DNA of 64,000 nt from Octopus vulgaris (lineage: Eukaryota), in NCBI GenBank assembly GCA_951406725.2, contig OX597825.1:53506001-53570000 (forward strand), given 5' to 3'. A program made the position numbers and the translations under genes. A model generated the notes under the pieces. That model was not told the DNA's origin. It searched no databases and saw nothing but the letters and a program-made list of their open reading frames with translations. This document shows, one piece after another, positions 39,966 to 54,512 of the stretch; the stretch's first letter is position 1; each line of letters starts with the position of its first letter.

Positions 39966-40408
39966 GGATCTTTTCGGTTTGAACGGCAGTTTTTTCTAGC
40001 GGTGTCATATGAAATTGTCACCCATAATTATGACCCTAGTATCAATCTATTGCATTTCAATCTGTTTTAGGGTTAGGATTAGTTAGGGTTAGTTAGGGTT
40101 AGGGTTAGGGGTTGGGGGAAGGGTATCTTTTTTCTCCAGAAATGTAAATGAACCCAATCTGTTTCTTAAACGAGGGACATATTCATACGGCACAGAATGT
40201 TTTCACCTCAAAAGACGTCATTGATTGGTTGAAATTGCAGAAATTGAAGAAAAAAGGGAAAACAAATATCTTACAAACTATAGAATTTTCTCAATAAAAC
40301 CAAGAGAAAAAGATGTTTTATAAGCACATTCTACCAGTATACGATGTTTAAAAGTGTTTAGGACGTGGACATTATTTAAAAAATCTGCTGTTCAAACCGA
40401 AAAGATCT
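39966..40408. mobile_element. MITE with ~30-bp TIRs, TA flanks and internal telomeric TTAGGG repeats
   Basis: TA|GGATCTTTTCGGTTTGAACGGCAG ... CTGCTGTTCAAACCGAAAAGATCT|TA; TTAGGG-type repeats at ~40066-40111. Confidence 0.88.
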
Positions 40409-40890
40409 TATATATATTCTCCCCTGTATGTTATAATCAGCAAATATATACAAAATAATTCAGCATAGCTCATCATTTCGAACATCGACTACTTTGTAGC
40501 ACTGTTGGGTGAAATAAACGACTCCAGTTGTGAGTCAAATCCTTCCAGACTATCTTCTAAAAGCAGATCATTTGATAAATTAATCTTAGATACTGTATGA
40601 CGGATTGGACGAGACGTAAGTTATGGCAGCAAGGCATTTGAATATGAGCCTGCATGATCAGGTCTGATATAAGTCTAAACAAGAACAAACCACCTGTCAT
40701 AGGTTAGACTCCTACATAGGGACAGAATTAAATGAAATTTATGTCACATCATCTGGCAGCTGGGTGAGAAACATGGTTGATATGAAAGACGGGGATGGTT
40801 GACAGGAATTATCGTCAGGAACATTGATATTGCATTTCATTATACATTCAGACACTGATTCATGCCTACAAATTACAAAAACAAATAGAA

Positions 40891-40952
<62 letters not shown>

Positions 40953-41265
40953 AACAAAAAAATACACATACACACACAGACAAACACACACACTCACACA
41001 GGGCCGGCCTTAAGCCGATTCGATCGATTGGTCCTTATCGGGCCCAAATAATCTACATGGTCTTTCCCAAAAAATTAAAACAGAATACTTTCTACACTTT
41101 CTACACTATGATTGTATGTGAATGTTTAGGAGTGTTTATGGGGAGCTATGGGTAAAATATGAACGTATATGAGTGAATTGTATGTGTATATGTGTGCGTA
41201 TGTTTGTGTGTCTGTTTCAAGAATTATGTTTAGTTTGGGGGAATATTTTTTATTTCAATAAAGTG

Positions 41266-41269
<4 letters not shown>

Positions 41270-41332
<63 letters not shown>

Positions 41333-41449
41333 TTGATAGATAGAGAGAGATAGATAGATAGATAGATAGATACATAGATAGATAAATGGATAGACATATA
41401 AATACATAGATAGATAGATAGATAGATAGATATATATATATATATATAT

Positions 41450-41516
<67 letters not shown>

Positions 41517-41517
41517 T
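41270..41517. repeat. Compound (TA)n/(GA)n/(GATA)n microsatellite
   Basis: Direct reading. Confidence 0.95.
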
Positions 41518-41650
41518 AAACAATTTCAGCGTGGAAGGTGTTTATAAACCATTTAAAACCACCTTTCACGCTGCAATTATATGTTTCAGCACAGGATCTC
41601 AGATCAAGTCACTTGCTATACAAGTACATCTCCGTAATATATATATATAT

Positions 41651-41850
41651 TGGCCTAGTGGTTAGGGCAGCGGACTCGCGGTCGCAGGATCGCGGTTTCG
41701 ATTCTCAGACCGGGCGTTGTGTGTGTTTATTGAGCGAAAACACCTAAAAGCTCTACGAGGCTCCGGCAGGGGGTGGTGATCCCTGCTGTACTCTTTCACC
41801 ACAATGGCGGTGCCCCAGCATGGCCACAGCTCAAGAGCTGAAACTGGAAA
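41651..41850 (+). mobile_element. tRNA-Arg-like SINE
   Basis: A box TGGCCTAGTGG, anticodon-arm-like GGACTCGCGGTC (TCG), B box GGTTTCGATTC; 3' GGCGGTGCCCCAGCATGGCCACAG shared with family A. Confidence 0.8.
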
Positions 41851-41883
41851 AACAAACAAAAAAAAAACATATATATATATATA

Positions 41884-42090
41884 TATAACGATTACTGTGC
41901 AATGTCTAAGAAAAACAGTCAAATAATGGGGCATATAATCCGTAGACAGGAAAATGTAGGGTTTCCTATCCGAATGAGACAGGAACACACATCCCATTGT
42001 TAACGTGACTAAGACTGCATTTTTTTATTGAGGGCTTACATGCCCCATTATTACACTATTTTTCTTAGTCATTGCACGGTGATCGCTATA
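41884..42090. mobile_element. MITE-like element with ~60-75-bp imperfect TIRs
   Basis: TATAACGATTACTGTGCAATGTCTAAGAAAAACAGT..ATAATGGGGCAT vs ATGCCCCATTAT..ACTATTTTTCTTAGTCATTGCACGGTGATCGCTATA. Confidence 0.8.
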
Positions 42091-42287
42091 AGCTTGAGGC
42101 TTATATAAATACCATTAATATTATTTACTGTATTGTAAAACCAGGCACCGTATAACAAAACAAATCGCACCGAAAATTTATGTATATATATGATATGTAT
42201 AATAGCGGAAGAACTCATGTGTAGTCAACGGCCTCCAGCATTATATGTACATGTGTGTGTTTGTGCGAGTATGTGTGTGTGTGTGCA

Positions 42288-42346
<59 letters not shown>

Positions 42347-43262
42347 GTATGTATTTATGTATGCATGTGTATATACATGCAAATATATATATATATATGT
42401 TATCTTTATAAATTTTTTAATATTATTATTTTATTTTAATTATTTAAAAATGTTTCAACTTCAAAGCTGCGATATTTTACATATTTATGTATATTCATAG
42501 TTTTACTTTTATTTTATTTTATTTATAGTTTTAATTGTGAATTTATTTATTTATCTATGTGTTTATATAAATATATAATTTTTTTCTAAATGTTTTTTAA
42601 ATGTATTCTTTTTCTAAATGTTTTTTTTTTCTAAATGCATATATACCTTTTGTGCGGGTGACTGATGAGGCTCATCACCCGTGGTGAAGGCAACTGATAT
42701 TGTAGAGGGACACTGTTATATAAAACCAGATCATGGTAATGAAAGTCCATTAGCTGGTGGCACTGTCAAAGCCATGACTGTTGATGGGGACAGACTGGAC
42801 TCCTGTTTTGAAACGGAGCCGTGATTAGGACAACCAGTATAGAATAAATCTCAGATTTCAAATTGATTTACCACTGCTGTCTTGCAGTGCCCTTCTGAGG
42901 GAAAGCCTGGGAGAAGGTACTCCGATATAAAATCTGCAGTCAACTTAGCACTAGTAATTTTTCTTTGATTGTCAATGGAATCTACTATTTTGATCCAGAA
43001 AGTGGTTAAAGTGTTGTATAAGCGTTTGTTTCTGAAATCCAGTGACGATGTCCCTGACTCACACATATACACGCACGCAAACGTAAAAGCACACCCACAC
43101 CCACACACACCATACGCACAACACACTCACATACACCCATGCACCTCCATACCTTACTCCCCACCCCCCACTTTTATTAAACATTATTGATTGAAGTTCT
43201 AGGTATAACATTTCAAAAGTTATAGCTTGCAATAATTTTCACAATTCCATGTTCACTAATGT

Positions 43263-43344
<82 letters not shown>

Positions 43345-43750
43345 CTTATTTACTTGTCTCAGTCATTTGACTGCGGCCATGCCGGAGCACCGCCTTTAGT
43401 CGAGCAAATCGACCCCGAGACTTATTCTTTGTAAGCCCAGTACTTATTCTATCGGTCTCTTTTGCCGAACCGTTAAGTGACGGGGCCGTAAACAGACCAG
43501 CATCGGTTGTCAAGCAACCGATGTTTGGGGGACAAACACACACAAAAACACACACACAAATACATATATATACATATACATATATACGACAGGCTTCTTT
43601 CAGTTTCCCTCTAACAAATCCACTCACAAGGCATTGGTCGGCCCGGGGCTATAGCAGAAGACACTTGCCCAAGATGCCACGCAGTGGGACTGAACCCGGG
43701 ACCATGTGGTTGGTTAGCAAGCTACTTACCACACAGCCACTCCTGCGCCT
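43345..43750 (-). mobile_element. tRNA-derived SINE, family A (full length, young)
   Basis: AGGCGCAGGAGTGGCTGTGTGGTAAG head through the AATGACTGAGACAAGTAAA tail. Confidence 0.92.
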
Positions 43751-43949
43751 ATATGTATATATATATAAAGAGATAATATATATATATATATATATATACA
43801 TGCATACATAGATACATACATACATACATACATACATACATACACGCACATATACATATATGTGCTTGTGTGTGTGTGTGCGTCCATGTATCATTCCCAT
43901 GTGCGTTTCATCCCAAAGGCTGTGGACGTGATAGGCCACCACACGGTTT

Positions 43950-44400
43950 ATCACCTTTTGAAAGGCCTTTCTGATGTGAAAGAGAAAGTTAAATATTTTT
44001 GCCTTCTTTTGTTTTTCTCGCCGTGATATAGGCTCATCTGGGTCGTAGATAGCAGGAGGTCAAGTTGTTTCTTAAAATCATCAGCCTCTATTCCATGCCG
44101 ACCTTTCAGATATTTTAGCATGCTATCAAGTGGCCATGGCCACTTGAATATCAAACTATTCCAGTAAATTCTGCCCATGGCGTGGCTTATATCTTTGCAA
44201 TGGCATATTGACGTCCAGTTCGGAAGCTGGTATAGTTTTTCAATGCCAAAATTTAGTACAAATTCCTTCCAAGATATTCCATATGTATATCACAGCATAT
44301 CCTTTCGTTCTTAACTCCTGGGAGTAGAGTCATAGTCTGTCAGTCTCATCCAGTAGGTCAACAGTCAAGGTAGTTGTTTCCATAATAACATTGTAATGTG
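43950..44400 (-). mobile_element. CR1/Jockey-group LINE 3' end relic
   Basis: YAVIYIWNILEG and FKKQLDLLLS, typical C-terminal motifs of this group. Confidence 0.65.
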
Positions 44401-44581
44401 AGTCATCTCGAGGAAAACGACGCACTCTGATTATTTTAAATTATACATCGTGCACACATACACACACACACACATATGTATAAGAACATACATTCAGGTA
44501 TATACATATACATAAAAATAGGCATATGTCTATATCTATGTATGTATAAATGTATGTATGTATGTATGTATGTATGTATGC

Positions 44582-44678
<97 letters not shown>

Positions 44679-44724
44679 TGTATATGTATGTATATGTATG
44701 TATATATATATATATAATATATTA

Positions 44725-44780
<56 letters not shown>

Positions 44781-45387
44781 TGTATGTATATATGTGCGTG
44801 TATTAATATGTACATATATCACCGATACACATATACGGATACACATACATACGTACTAAGATCTTCATGTGACAGCACATTCAGCTATGTGATCATTCAT
44901 TTCCCGACATGCACTACAGCAGAATCTTCGAGATGGTTAGTTTTCGTTTTTCCGCAAATCATTAATCTCTAAAAATACGAAATGAACAGACAAAATACAT
45001 ATAAAAACAAAGGAAGAAAACGTAATAGAAGTAAAACAAAAAGAAATTGAGTTGAAAGCAATTTTCTGTGATTGTGCAGAGTAACCGTAGATTGAGTAAC
45101 GGTAGTCATAGTGGTTATGCTTCCATAATAATGTTTGTGATCTCGACAAGACGCACTCTGATCAGTTTAAATTAAATGATGTACATACACAGAAGCGCAG
45201 ACACTCACACACATATAAGTATTTGCATATTTGTATATATATATACACACACAGACACGTATATATGCACATATACAAACACATACGCGCACACACACAC
45301 ACACATACATAGAGATAGATAGATAGATAGATATGTGTGTGTGTGTATGTGTGTATGAGAGCGTGAGTGTATGCATACATATATATA

Positions 45388-45477
<90 letters not shown>

Positions 45478-46875
45478 TATACATATGTATGTGTGTGTAT
45501 AGGTATATGTATATAATGATTTGTGAATGTGATGCAATCAGTTTCTTAGGAATCTATTCTGAGTTATTGTTTGCGAAATATGATAGAAATTTCTGACTTG
45601 GACTGTCAAAGTATCCGCCATTTTCGTTGATAAATGAAAGAAAGGTGAATCGGTAAATAAAAAGTGTTTATTGATCAGCCAACTCGATAATATACTTGCA
45701 TTAACTTTTACAGATTAGTTTTTAACCAAGTCATTCGTCACCCTTCTCATTTCTTCACAGATGTCTTGGCAGTTGTGAAGTGGACGAAGTTTATCTCAAC
45801 CCCTTTTCACAGAGCCCTTGAAATCACCATCAATCAATCCATTTATAAGCTTCATAAGTGGGAAGCATTTCGAAATGTTTTCAGTATAAAGTACGATAAG
45901 GGAGTCAGGTCAGTGCTATCCCTAAAACACTTAGGGATATCAACTAGAAACAATATTAGGTATTTTCTTTGAAGTATTGAGCGAACACATGTTCATGGCA
46001 TTATTTGTTTCGCTAGACTCGACCTGTAAGTCTTCTAGTTAGGTAAATATTGCGGAAATCGTTCGACAAAGCACCTATGTTCGGACATAATGTTAACACT
46101 TCTTTATAAAGCGATGTAAAAATGAAAACAAATATTTCTCTAGTTCAATAATCGACTTGACGAATGACCATGTAATATCCAGCTACTGTCCTGGTGAAGT
46201 GTTGCCATTCTGAGATTAAGAATGACATTTGACATTCGCTTATTTGAAATTGTCCGGTTGTTTTTTTGTATACATCGACACACTATTAGATTAAGTACAC
46301 AACGTTAAGTACAAATAGTCAAAGTAAATGCAATATGGAAATTTTATATACACACGATGATTGTAAATATATGATGTATAAAAGTAACAAAGACAAAAAC
46401 AAATACGGAGAAAACCATTGCTGTAAGCTTATTGTAGAATAGCTTGACTACTTGGAGAACATGTAAAAAGCAAAAGTAGAGACCAGTTTCGCAAGTGCAT
46501 AGATTAACAATTACGAAGAAAAATAATGTCATCAATCCAATGGGACAATCTGTAGATCTCGCCATGATATATTATGTGCCAGTTTCGTTTTTGTTCACTT
46601 CGCGATAGGCATCACTCGGAGAATGAGAGGCAGTTCAGACACAGTGTAGACAGAATTGTACACTCAAAATTTGTCCTTTCCTTTCCAGGTGTGCCCTTAA
46701 GGTGTGTTTAATCAGAAAATTTGCCGTTCTTTCTACCTGACTGTAGGCCCCTACTGGGGTTATTTCATGGCTCCATAACAGAGTAGAAGTTATTTGCCAC
46801 ATTTACCCGACTGTATGTGATGGCACCTCTATAGCATCATGTCTGGGTGTGTACGTATGTGTGGCTGTACAGGTG

Positions 46876-48700
46876 TATCAAGCTTTCCATGCCCTATTCC
46901 CAATTCCCCGTCTACCCAGGCTCTGTAGTGACAACCATGACTTTGAGACTCAGTCTCAACTCATGGCTCGCCACTTCATCCTACGTGGTTATCCGCTGAC
47001 CACTATCCACACCGCCCTTACTAGAGCACTTCCGTGGACCGTGCATCTGCTCTTTCCCCCCGAACCCGCCCTGCAGTCTCCCACCTCCCATTCCCCTCAC
47101 CTACCACCCCACCACCCTGCCTCTCTAACGCACCATTCTCCGAGCTTTCCGGCAACTCCAGTCCGACCCGTCCACTTCACACATCTTCCCTAACCGACTC
47201 CTCCCCTCCTTCAAACGAGCCCACAACCTACGAGACCTATTGGTCCACAGTTTCTTCACTAAACCTACCTCCCAGCCTGGCTCGTTCCCCAGCTCCCGCC
47301 CACGCTGCCGCACTTGCCCTTACCTGTCCAACACCACCCTCCTTACCGGCACCCATCATCGACCCTATCGCATCACCGACTCCTTCACCTGCACCTCCAA
47401 CAATATCCTCTACTGCATCTCCTGCTCTCTCTCTGCCATTCCCTGTACATCGGACAAACGGAACGCCGCCTCGCTGACCGGTTCGCGGAACACCTCCGAG
47501 ACATCCGCCTCGGCAATGACACCCCGATCTCACGCCATTTCCGCTCTACCGGTCACTCCTTGCAACACCTGTCTGTGTTCGGATTGTCCTTGCACAGAGG
47601 CCATCCGTATGCGCCGTGAACAGGGATTAATCTTCTCACTTCGCTCTTTTACGCCATTTGGGCTCAACTCTCCTCGCCTCTTCATTTAAACACCTCCCCG
47701 ACTCCTACTTCTCTTAGCTCCTACATCTCTTCACCCCTACTCTCTTTTTATCTTCTCTCTTTCTCGCTGCTCCCTCACTCTTCTTCACTCATCTCTCTCT
47801 CTCCCTCCCTCCTACTTCCTCCCACCCAACTCTCCTCTCTTGCCCCGACTCCTACGTCTTTTCACTCCTATTTCACTTCACTACTACTTCTCTTAACCCC
47901 TACTCTCTTTCCCTCTTCTCTCCTACTCTCTTTCTCTCTTTCTCTCCCCTCTTTCCTTCTTCTCTCTTACTCTCTTTCTCTCTTACTCCTTCACCCTCGC
48001 TTTCTCTCTTACGCTCTTTCTCACTTCTCTCCTCCTCTCTCTCCTCACATACCCACCTTCCCCTCCCCCATAAGCCCACTCACCCCTACGCATTCCTACT
48101 CCACCTTCCCTATCCTCCCATCCCCCCATCCCATCCTATCCCACATATCCTCTCCCACATAACCCACCTTTACTCCCACCCTCTGCCTAACCACAAACCC
48201 CAACTCTACCCCAACCTGCAGCCGAACCCACACCCCACCCGTGCTTTCCCCACTCTCGCCTCCCCCACCTCCCAACAACATCACACCACATCACACTACA
48301 GCATACAACATTACACATCACATCACAACACACCACCCACACACCGATCCCCACATTTTCACATCTACACATACATACACGCACACGTTCAGACCACCAG
48401 CCCTCTTTCACACACATACATACTCTCTTATGTACACACGCACCTTCGGTCATCTTTGTTATCTCCCCTACTTTCCCCACACGTGTGTGACCCATCTGTC
48501 CGAGTCAGTCACCATGATAGATCGTTAGCCACTACACACATTTTTCTCTCCTTGTTTTTGTTTTTTCTGTGTCCCTCTCTGTAGAAGAGCGTATGCTCGA
48601 AACGTAAAATACTTTTTCTATTCCTCAGCGTTATACTAATACATCTGTTTGTTTAGTACACCAGCTGTCTTCCTCTTTTGTTTTTTTCGTAAACTCTCCC
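46876..48700 (+). mobile_element. 5'-truncated Penelope-like element (RT thumb, Cys-rich linker, GIY-YIG endonuclease, pLTR with HHR-like motif)
   Basis: RLCSD..FETQSQLMARHFILRGYP; CRTCPY; FTCTSNNILYCISC / LYIGQTERRLADRFAEH (frameshifted); CT-rich 3' region; CTGTAGAA-GAGC-GTAT-GCTC-GAAACGTA at 48579-48606; ends at (TA)n. Confidence 0.88.
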
Positions 48701-48713
48701 TATACACACACAC

Positions 48714-48781
<68 letters not shown>

Positions 48782-49599
48782 TATATATATGTATGTATAC
48801 ATGTGTTTATATAATTTAATGTACATAGTATAAAAATGTGAATTAACAATATGTAGTTTTCACTTGCATTGGACACGTTGATGTAGGCAGGTTTGTAAAA
48901 CATACCTCGTTCCTCCGTACAATCTTTTGGCTCTGTACACATTGTCTATTTTAATTACTAAACAAGGACACTGGTATACAAGATATCACGTAAATAAGCG
49001 AGCAGGTAGATACAAAAATGGAATGGTGAATAAAAACGAAAGATGAAAAGAAAACGAAGAAAATTAGAGCTATGTACCTTTAGGCCATCAAGCCATAATT
49101 AACCGAGTAGTTGTAATTCAACGGAGAGGACACCAATGTCTGCCATACAGCTGCTCAATCCGGAGGGGTTGGTGTCCTGCGGTTTGCCGAAAGGAAATTC
49201 TCCATATGCTTGCATTTGCCGAAAATTTCGGATCTGGAATTCGGTAGTGTTGGAATTCTTAAATCTAAAACAAATAAGCATATTTCATTTACGCGCAATT
49301 TGTATTTCTTACATTCATTAACATATGGCATAGATCTTTCTACGATACTCTACTTGATTGTACGTTGTGGGCTGTTGGTCTTCAAACCTATATGTGAGTA
49401 GGGAACTTTGTGACTTTACTTTTCGGGAAGTGCCAGAAAAAGATTGGTGATTTGCGTAACTTTTTTTAAATCGCTATCGCATAATCCCATGTAATTTTTA
49501 CTTTTGGTTAGGTTATTTTTATACTGTGTACATGAAATGTCAGTTACCTCTCACTAGATGGCGTACTTACTTCTTGATTATTACCTTAATTTTATGCAA

Positions 49600-50000
49600 T
49601 CTTTGGGTTCTTAGCACATGGGCTATGCTTTTTCCTCGTGGTTTTCAAAGTTTGTCTAACTGTGAAGGGAAAATTAGATGAAATTGTTGCTGATGGGAAA
49701 AGGGAAAATATACATATATGCAGTTTTTCTTCGGTATCTGCCTCCTGAACAGGATGTGCATAATATGTGTAGATATTACAGGGAAACATGTGTCTAGAGA
49801 AACCTGAATAAGGGAAAGTATAGAGGAAGACTACGTGGTCGTGGGGAGAAAACACAAACGTTTCAACAGCTGTCGGAAATAGTATGTATGCCATTTGTAC
49901 AGTTATCTTATTCATACATTTGGCCATTGGTGGACTTAGATTCGTAATAAGTTGTCTTAGTGGGTCAATTAAATATACTTTCTCCTGAAATATAGCAAAA
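49600..50000 (-). pseudogene. Possible Penelope-like RT relic
   Basis: PLRQLITNLSPPMAKCMNKI resembles PLE PLRPIISxxxSPxxxLAK. Confidence 0.3.
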
Positions 50001-50599
50001 TCATAGTAGTAACGCAATCTCTTAAAAATTACGATCGATTGATCTAGTTTTGGAGAAGCATTTAGCAGAGCCTTCTAATGTCGCTAAGAACTTCATTCGT
50101 TCTTTGTCTATTTGTGTGTTTGCTTTTTAGTAGTTTACTTCTGTAGTTAACTGATGTGAAAAGTCGGATAGATATTAAGATAGACAGAGGCTAATATTGC
50201 TTTGATTAGAGTTTTTTCTTTCTGATTACGTTCTCAATAATCTATATTCTGAAATTATAAACTCACTTCAATAGAGTATTAATTATCGCCATATTTCATT
50301 TCTCATTTTTTCCGAAGTAGCACAGCTACCATATAGTCAGTGTTGATATATGCAGAAATGTATTACGTGTTCAAGGCCACGCTAACTTAGTTTTGCGCAT
50401 AGCGTATATGCACTTGCATTATCCAAAACAGTTTTATAGTTGTAAGATAGTAGTGACTACGGCTTCTGGCAGTTAATACAACACTGTACATTCTTCTTTG
50501 CATCGTTTATACCTTAAGGCTAATAACTATTATCAAAAGAATAAAACATATCATATTCGTTCTATCCTGCCCTGCATTTCTTATGTATTTATTCTTTTA

Positions 50600-50625
50600 T
50601 CTTCTTCTTCTTCTTCTTCTTCTTC

Positions 50626-50657
<32 letters not shown>

Positions 50658-50722
50658 CTTCTTCTTCTTCTTCTTCTTCTTCTTCTTCTTCTTCTTCTTC
50701 TTCTTCTTCTTCTTCTTCTTCT
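50600..50722. repeat. (TTC)n microsatellite
   Basis: Direct reading. Confidence 0.97.
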
Positions 50723-52539
50723 CTCATCCCCTCCCTCATCTTCTTCCTCCTCCCCTCCTTCATCTTCATCCTCCTTCTCCCTCGTCTTCTTCTCTCCTCC
50801 TCCCCTCATCTTCCTCCTTCTTCTTTTTCTTCTTCCTCGTTTTCTTCATCACATTATTATCATTATTATTATTATTGCTGTTATTATTGTTTCATCTTTC
50901 TAAACCTCTCAGTACCGCAAGAGACTGGTAGACCCTTTTCTACTCGCCCCACGAGACAGCTTTTTCAAAGACATTTTTTTTTCAAATGGAAACAGCATTT
51001 CCGTAATGGTTCCTACACTTTCATCTTTGCCAGCCAGCAAGCAAGAGGTGAGAGTGGGAAGTTGTTTTGAAGAGGAAACATCGTTGCAGTCAACACCTCA
51101 CATCGCTTAACACTCGAGTAACAGTAAATATCAGCAGTATCAGTCGCAACAATAATAGCAGCAGCAGCAACAACAACAACAACAACAAGAATAAAAACCA
51201 CAAGTACGACAGCGTCTACAGTAACAAAATCTGCAAAATTAGTAGCAAAGAAGATCTGTCGACGAGTGAGCAGGTATTAACGATAAAACCATTGACACCG
51301 CTCGAGAATCAACAGTGAAAGACGAAAACATCGCCACCACCACTGTAGCTTCATAAAGTAGCAATAGTAATGTAGCCATTGCCACCACACCAATGAGAGC
51401 AGCAACAACAACAAAAATGCAAAAAAATATAGCAGTGGGAGGAATATGGTAATAAGTTACTCGTTGCTTATGTTGCAAAAACCTTTCCTTTTGTTCCACT
51501 GAATAAAAATATCCCCAATCTCTGGAAGAAGAATGCATCATGAGCAGACTTGGGAGAAGGGTTCTTCTCACGATGTCACAGCAGCTTTCAGAGTAAATCA
51601 GATAGAAGATTGTGACATACAGACATTTATCTTTCAATTCAATGACCCCTCTAATCATTTGACAAAGTTTACCCTATGGAAAAATACTATAGTTTACAAT
51701 AGATTATTGACTCCGCCTCAGAAATTTTTTTTAAAAAACCCAGATATTTTATAACACACCGCAGTATATTGTAATATACTACAGCACCAAACTTTACCGC
51801 ACTGTCCGATACTGCAAAAACATAGTATTTTCTTCACTATCCTTTACCATTGGCAAAAATTTACCACACATCTTACAATAAACCACAACATTAATATTTA
51901 TCACATTACTCTACTATATACAACAAAACTAATGTTTGGTAACTTACACCCTACTATACCACACTGTTCAGTGGTATATCATAATGATAGTATTTGCAAC
52001 TAAAATATAGCTCATCCACTGATTATTACTGGAATACGTTATACCACAAACAATATTTAGTACACCAAACTTTATCATAAAGCGACACTGATGTTTTCCA
52101 CATTGATTGCACTAAGTTGCTACAAGAAATTGCTAACTGAAAGCAAAGTTATGAGATATTTTGAGATGGGATTCAAATCGCTTCAAACGCTAGACTGTAC
52201 ATTCCTACACGATGTCATTGGTGTTGTCGTCGATGTAGTGTCAATGGCGTGAACTTGTTTAAGGAGGACATCAACTTGCCAGGAAATGATACACATAATT
52301 TCAAGACCTACTCTGTGGTACATGTAGAATGAGATATGCAGGATCCACTTATGAAACTACAACATACTGCCGCTGATCCAGTTATATTTATGAGTGGTGC
52401 TTTCTGTAGCATGTCTGCCAAGCGTAACCCTCTTTATCCGCTGGTTCTAAGACCCCACGGTGGAACCAACAGATGATTACATAACAGAAAGTTACTAAAA
52501 GATGAGAATTCTCTTTTATTTCAAGACGTTGATAAAATC

Positions 52540-53100
52540 ATCAGCCGCTAATCATAGATGTCATTGGTTTATTTAGATGTGACGATTCTTCTTGTTATCG
52601 GATCTAAAACTGGAAGTGGAGGAAGATCGGAGATTTCGTTACCATCTATACGATTTACCTTTTCCAAAAGCGCTAGTGTATGGGTGGATTATCAGAACTT
52701 TTGAAAAAACCTTACTCTTAAACGACAAACTGTATAGTATAGCCATGAAAGGTCTAAGAGGGAACTGGTGTGATAGTGTTTAGACACTGTAGTTGGCTTC
52801 AGAAGAGTTAATCTTTCATGTAAGATTAGGGAATAATTATATTGAAAATAGCTTTCGCCTTTATAAAGAAATACATTAAGCTATAAGACAGAAGATATAG
52901 TAGACCAACGAATTACGAAGCAAAATAAAGTATATGGATATTTCTAAGTTTTTCTCGAACAGTTAAAAAACCAACTACAAGAACTAAAAATTTTTGGAAA
53001 TATTTTTCCTACATCTGAATGATTATTTTCCGCATGACTGTAAAAGTTTCATTGCATACGGAATGTTCTAGACAATTTCGTATTCAATTTTTTCAAGAGA
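52540..53100 (+). pseudogene. Decayed Penelope-like RT relic
   Basis: IGLFRCDD (cf. GLYRDD), NSFRLYK, FFLHLNDYFP (cf. FLxLIDKHFP) in the expected order. Confidence 0.45.
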
Positions 53101-53490
53101 TCTTCCTTGAGATTACAAGAATATATAGATAGGAACTCCTTGATAATATTTGAACCTATTTTCAATGAAAGTATATTTTGGGCATGTTTCAAATATATTT
53201 TGATTTAATTTTATCCCAAAACAACAAGGCAAAAGCGCTGATAGCTTCCTTCACACTATCACTTCACACATATTCCGTCTGGGTTTTTTGTTAATTACAA
53301 TATATTAACGTATTTCGAGCAAAGAATTGCATTGAAAATAAAATATTAAGTTGAATCATTCCATCAATTAATTCAGTGGTCAAAGTGGAGATTAGGTAAA
53401 ATTACTCTTCATATTATGTATTCTAGTAGCTTCCAGGAAAATGTAATCGATAAATTATTCTAAGCCAGTGACACATCATGGTGGTTATAC

Positions 53491-53554
<64 letters not shown>

Positions 53555-53647
53555 ATGTGTGTGTGTATGTGTATACATACACACACACACACATACATAC
53601 ATATATATGCATAAATATAGAGAGATAGAAAGATAGATATATGTATG

Positions 53648-53698
<51 letters not shown>

Positions 53699-54463
53699 AG
53701 ACAGAAAGAGAGGCAGACAGACGAACAGAGAGAGGCAGACAGACGAACAGAGAGAGTCAGAGACAAATAAGACACACATGTATATACGCATATATATTTG
53801 TACATACATGCATACATAATTCTTTTCATACGCATTATATAAGTCGCCTTGGCTATCTTAACACACATTATGTATATATATGTATGTATGAATTTTTGTA
53901 TGTTCTTATTTGTGTGACGTGAATGTATATAGATACATGTGGACTTTTCTGTAAATTACTACATCACTGCATAATTATTTCCACAATAATTAGTCAAACA
54001 GCTATTTTCTGACTTTATGTAAACTAATGCTGAAAGTATATAAATATATCAATACATAAATTTTAAATATGGCCCAGCCATCGGCTAATTTGCTATTGTT
54101 TTTTATTTGTTGATTTGTTTGTTTTACAATGTATTTTACTTATATTTTTATTGGTGTGTTGTTTATTTTAAATGATAAATGTTTCACAACATTAAGAGAG
54201 TGATTATATTTCACTGCATGTAAATGTTTTATTTACTTTTTATATTCTGTTGCGTCGATGTAATCTTTCAGGCCATTGCTCTATGAATATATGGATGATT
54301 TAGAATATACATATATACATATATATATACATAAATACATACTGACACAGGCACACAGATATACATAGGCTCAGATACTCATATAGGTACACATAAACGA
54401 GTATAAAACAATAGTGTATAATATATTTATGTAAATACATTCTTCAGTACAAATAGATATATG

Positions 54464-54512
<49 letters not shown>

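Noticed and set aside
40066-40125. True telomere or chromosome fusion scar
   Set aside because: The tract is short, single-orientation and enclosed within MITE TIRs.
40998-41050. hAT-like terminus CAGGGCCGGCC
   Set aside because: No matching second TIR or TSD was found.
41651-41725. Functional tRNA-Arg gene
   Set aside because: The acceptor stem is incomplete and runs into a SINE body and tail, so it is a SINE head.
42654-42690. CTGATGAG hammerhead core
   Set aside because: No GAAA follows a stem II; it is a simple CGGGTGA/TCACCCG hairpin.
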